DNA from: an uncultured delta proteobacterium
GTDB taxonomy: Bacteria; Myxococcota; Myxococcia; Myxococcales; Myxococcaceae
Assembly: GCA_963771175.1 (NCBI GenBank)
Contig: CAVYSY010000054.1
Coordinates: 96,001-160,000, forward strand
Direction: 5' to 3'
Length of the DNA stretch: 64,000 nucleotides
The notes under the pieces are model-generated. The model saw only the letters and a program-made list of their open reading frames with translations, ran no database searches and had not been told where the DNA came from. Made by a program: the position numbers and the translations under genes. This document shows, piece by piece, positions 62,593 to 64,000 of the stretch (position 1 is the stretch's first letter; every line of letters starts with the position of its first letter).

Positions 62593-63698
62593 GCAACCCG
62601 TGGCTGAGCGCGGAGCCCTGGCCGTGGAGTCCACGTCAGCGTGAGTCTGACTTGCCCGCTCGGGCTAACCTGCTTGTGTGCGCGATGACCAGGGCTCTGT
62701 TGGCAGTGCCTTCGTCTGCGCTCGGCACTCAGTCGAGCTGGCCCAAGCTTCACGGGCTCGGAACAGACCCAGTGACTGGACGTAGATGGCAGGCTCGATG
62801 ACACGCGGATTCTTAATCGAGGAATCATCGCCTCGACAGGCAGCCAATGAAAGCAGTCCGTGTCGGCCGGCTCAGGTGCTATGCTCTCCGACAGGACCTT
62901 GCCGCATAGTGATCTTCCTCGCGGTTCAGAGCGTGGGGTCTGGAGGTAACTAGATGCACATGCCAGGGGCATGTGGCCGATAGATAGTCGGCCGAATGCT
63001 CGTTGATGCTTGGCCAAGTGAATGAGCACCTACACTCCAGGAGTCTGGGAAGCGGGCTAGGTAGAGTGCTTGCATCCGAATTAGGGTGCGTTCGCGAAGT
63101 CCAACTCACATGAACTCACCGCACACGAAGATTGCAGCACTTCAGTCCACCGCCACGCTCAAAAGACGATTGGCGAGGCTCGAGTATCGCCGGTCGGAGG
63201 ACCTTGAGAGTGTTCAGATGATTATGCCGCTCAAGAGCAGGCTGTCGGGCTTTTTGCGAATGATCTGCACTGAAGGTTGATGCGTTAAAGGTCTTTTACG
63301 GCGTGCGCGTCAGTGCCGTTCTTTGATGTCGATGTCAGCGAAGGATTCCGCACCTCTGCAGGCTTTGATGCCGTCCCATTAATGACCTGCGTGCATCGAA
63401 GACGAAGAACTCTCCAGGGTATATCCAAGCGAGTCCAGGCTCGGGCATCAATCCACCGAGTTTCCCGATGGCCGCCATGACTGAAGCCGGTCTGCCACGC
63501 AGGCGAGTACCTCTCATTCACCGACACGAAGGAATGAACTACCAGCGTAGGCGTCTCTGTTGAGGGGTGCTCGACGCCCTCTCTACTTCAGCCAAGCTCG
63601 CGCTACCGCAGGCCAGTGGCTCTGTCGGCGAACTCTTGGAGGCAGATGATACGCGCTTCGCTGTCTCGATTAGAGGGCTGGTTGGGGCTGCCATGGCG

Positions 63699-64000
63699 CT
63701 AAAACCTTGTTGTACGAGAGTGCGCGATGCGGGTTACGCTCCGCGCCTCCAGCGCGGCGAGCCGCTCCAGGAACGCGCGGCCCTTCGCCGGGTCCGTCAT
63801 GTGGATGAAGGCGGCCATGCCCTTGAGCTGGTCGAGCGTCTCGCCCTCCTTGCCCGGCTTGCCCTTCTCCCGGTTGTGCAGCGCCGCTCGCAACTGGCGC
63901 ACCACCTCGCGCGGCACTCGCGCCCCGGGCTGGCCCTTCGCGGCCTCGTTCACCACCAGCCCCGTCACCGCCTGCCGGTTCCCCGGCTTCATCACCCGCG
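63699..64000 (-). CDS. Retron reverse transcriptase, Mx162/Sa163 type (C-terminal part only)
   Basis: Q.VTGLVVN retron region-Y motif; ARVPREVVRQLRAALHN..KGKPG.EGE.L.QLKGMAAFIHMTDPAKGRAFL recalls the Mx162 RT thumb. Confidence 0.88.
   Translation of the reverse strand, partial: RVMKPGNRQAVTGLVVNEAAKGQPGARVPREVVRQLRAALHNREKGKPGKEGETLDQLKGMAAFIHMTDPAKGRAFLERLAALEARSVTRIAHSRTTRF

Noticed and set aside
62571..63527. Short ORFs in the low-GC tract as real genes
   Set aside because: No motifs, RBS or host-like codon bias; left unannotated

Overview
GC-rich myxobacterial DNA (Archangiaceae/Cystobacter-like by gene content: DUF2378, SitAI6, ELWxxDGT, Mx162-type retron RT). Several patches (about 3.6-5.7, 14.9-15.4, 20.1-22.5 and 43.5-46.1 kb) are dense in single-base indels that look like long-read errors, so some gene ends are approximate. 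Left to right: a NadE-AsnB-acyl-AMP ligase-ACP-2x acyltransferase operon; an accessory zone (6.7-17.4 kb) with two copies of a kinase-fragment membrane protein, a 54-bp direct repeat, four related palindromic REP-like elements at gene boundaries and two toxin-antitoxin loci; GT4, DUF763, hybrid kinase, malic enzyme; a sigma54-driven subtilase; an ERG25-like desaturase; a SitA6/SitI6 toxin-immunity pair between two broken genes; a CLC-F fluoride exporter; a MarR-hppD-hmgA-FAH-Rieske operon; a two-kinase phosphorelay; PhoD; a minus-strand run of P450, TetR, sAC-like cyclase-ATPase-TPR, Lcp/MpaB-type oxygenase and Pyr4/PaxB-type membrane terpene cyclase; and a low-GC unexplained 1.1 kb next to the 3' end of a retron RT. 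Best candidates for undescribed biology: the oxygenase+terpene cyclase module, the palindrome-bounded cassette zone, and the NadE/AsnB/ACP operon. All family assignments are from motif recognition by eye; no database search was run.
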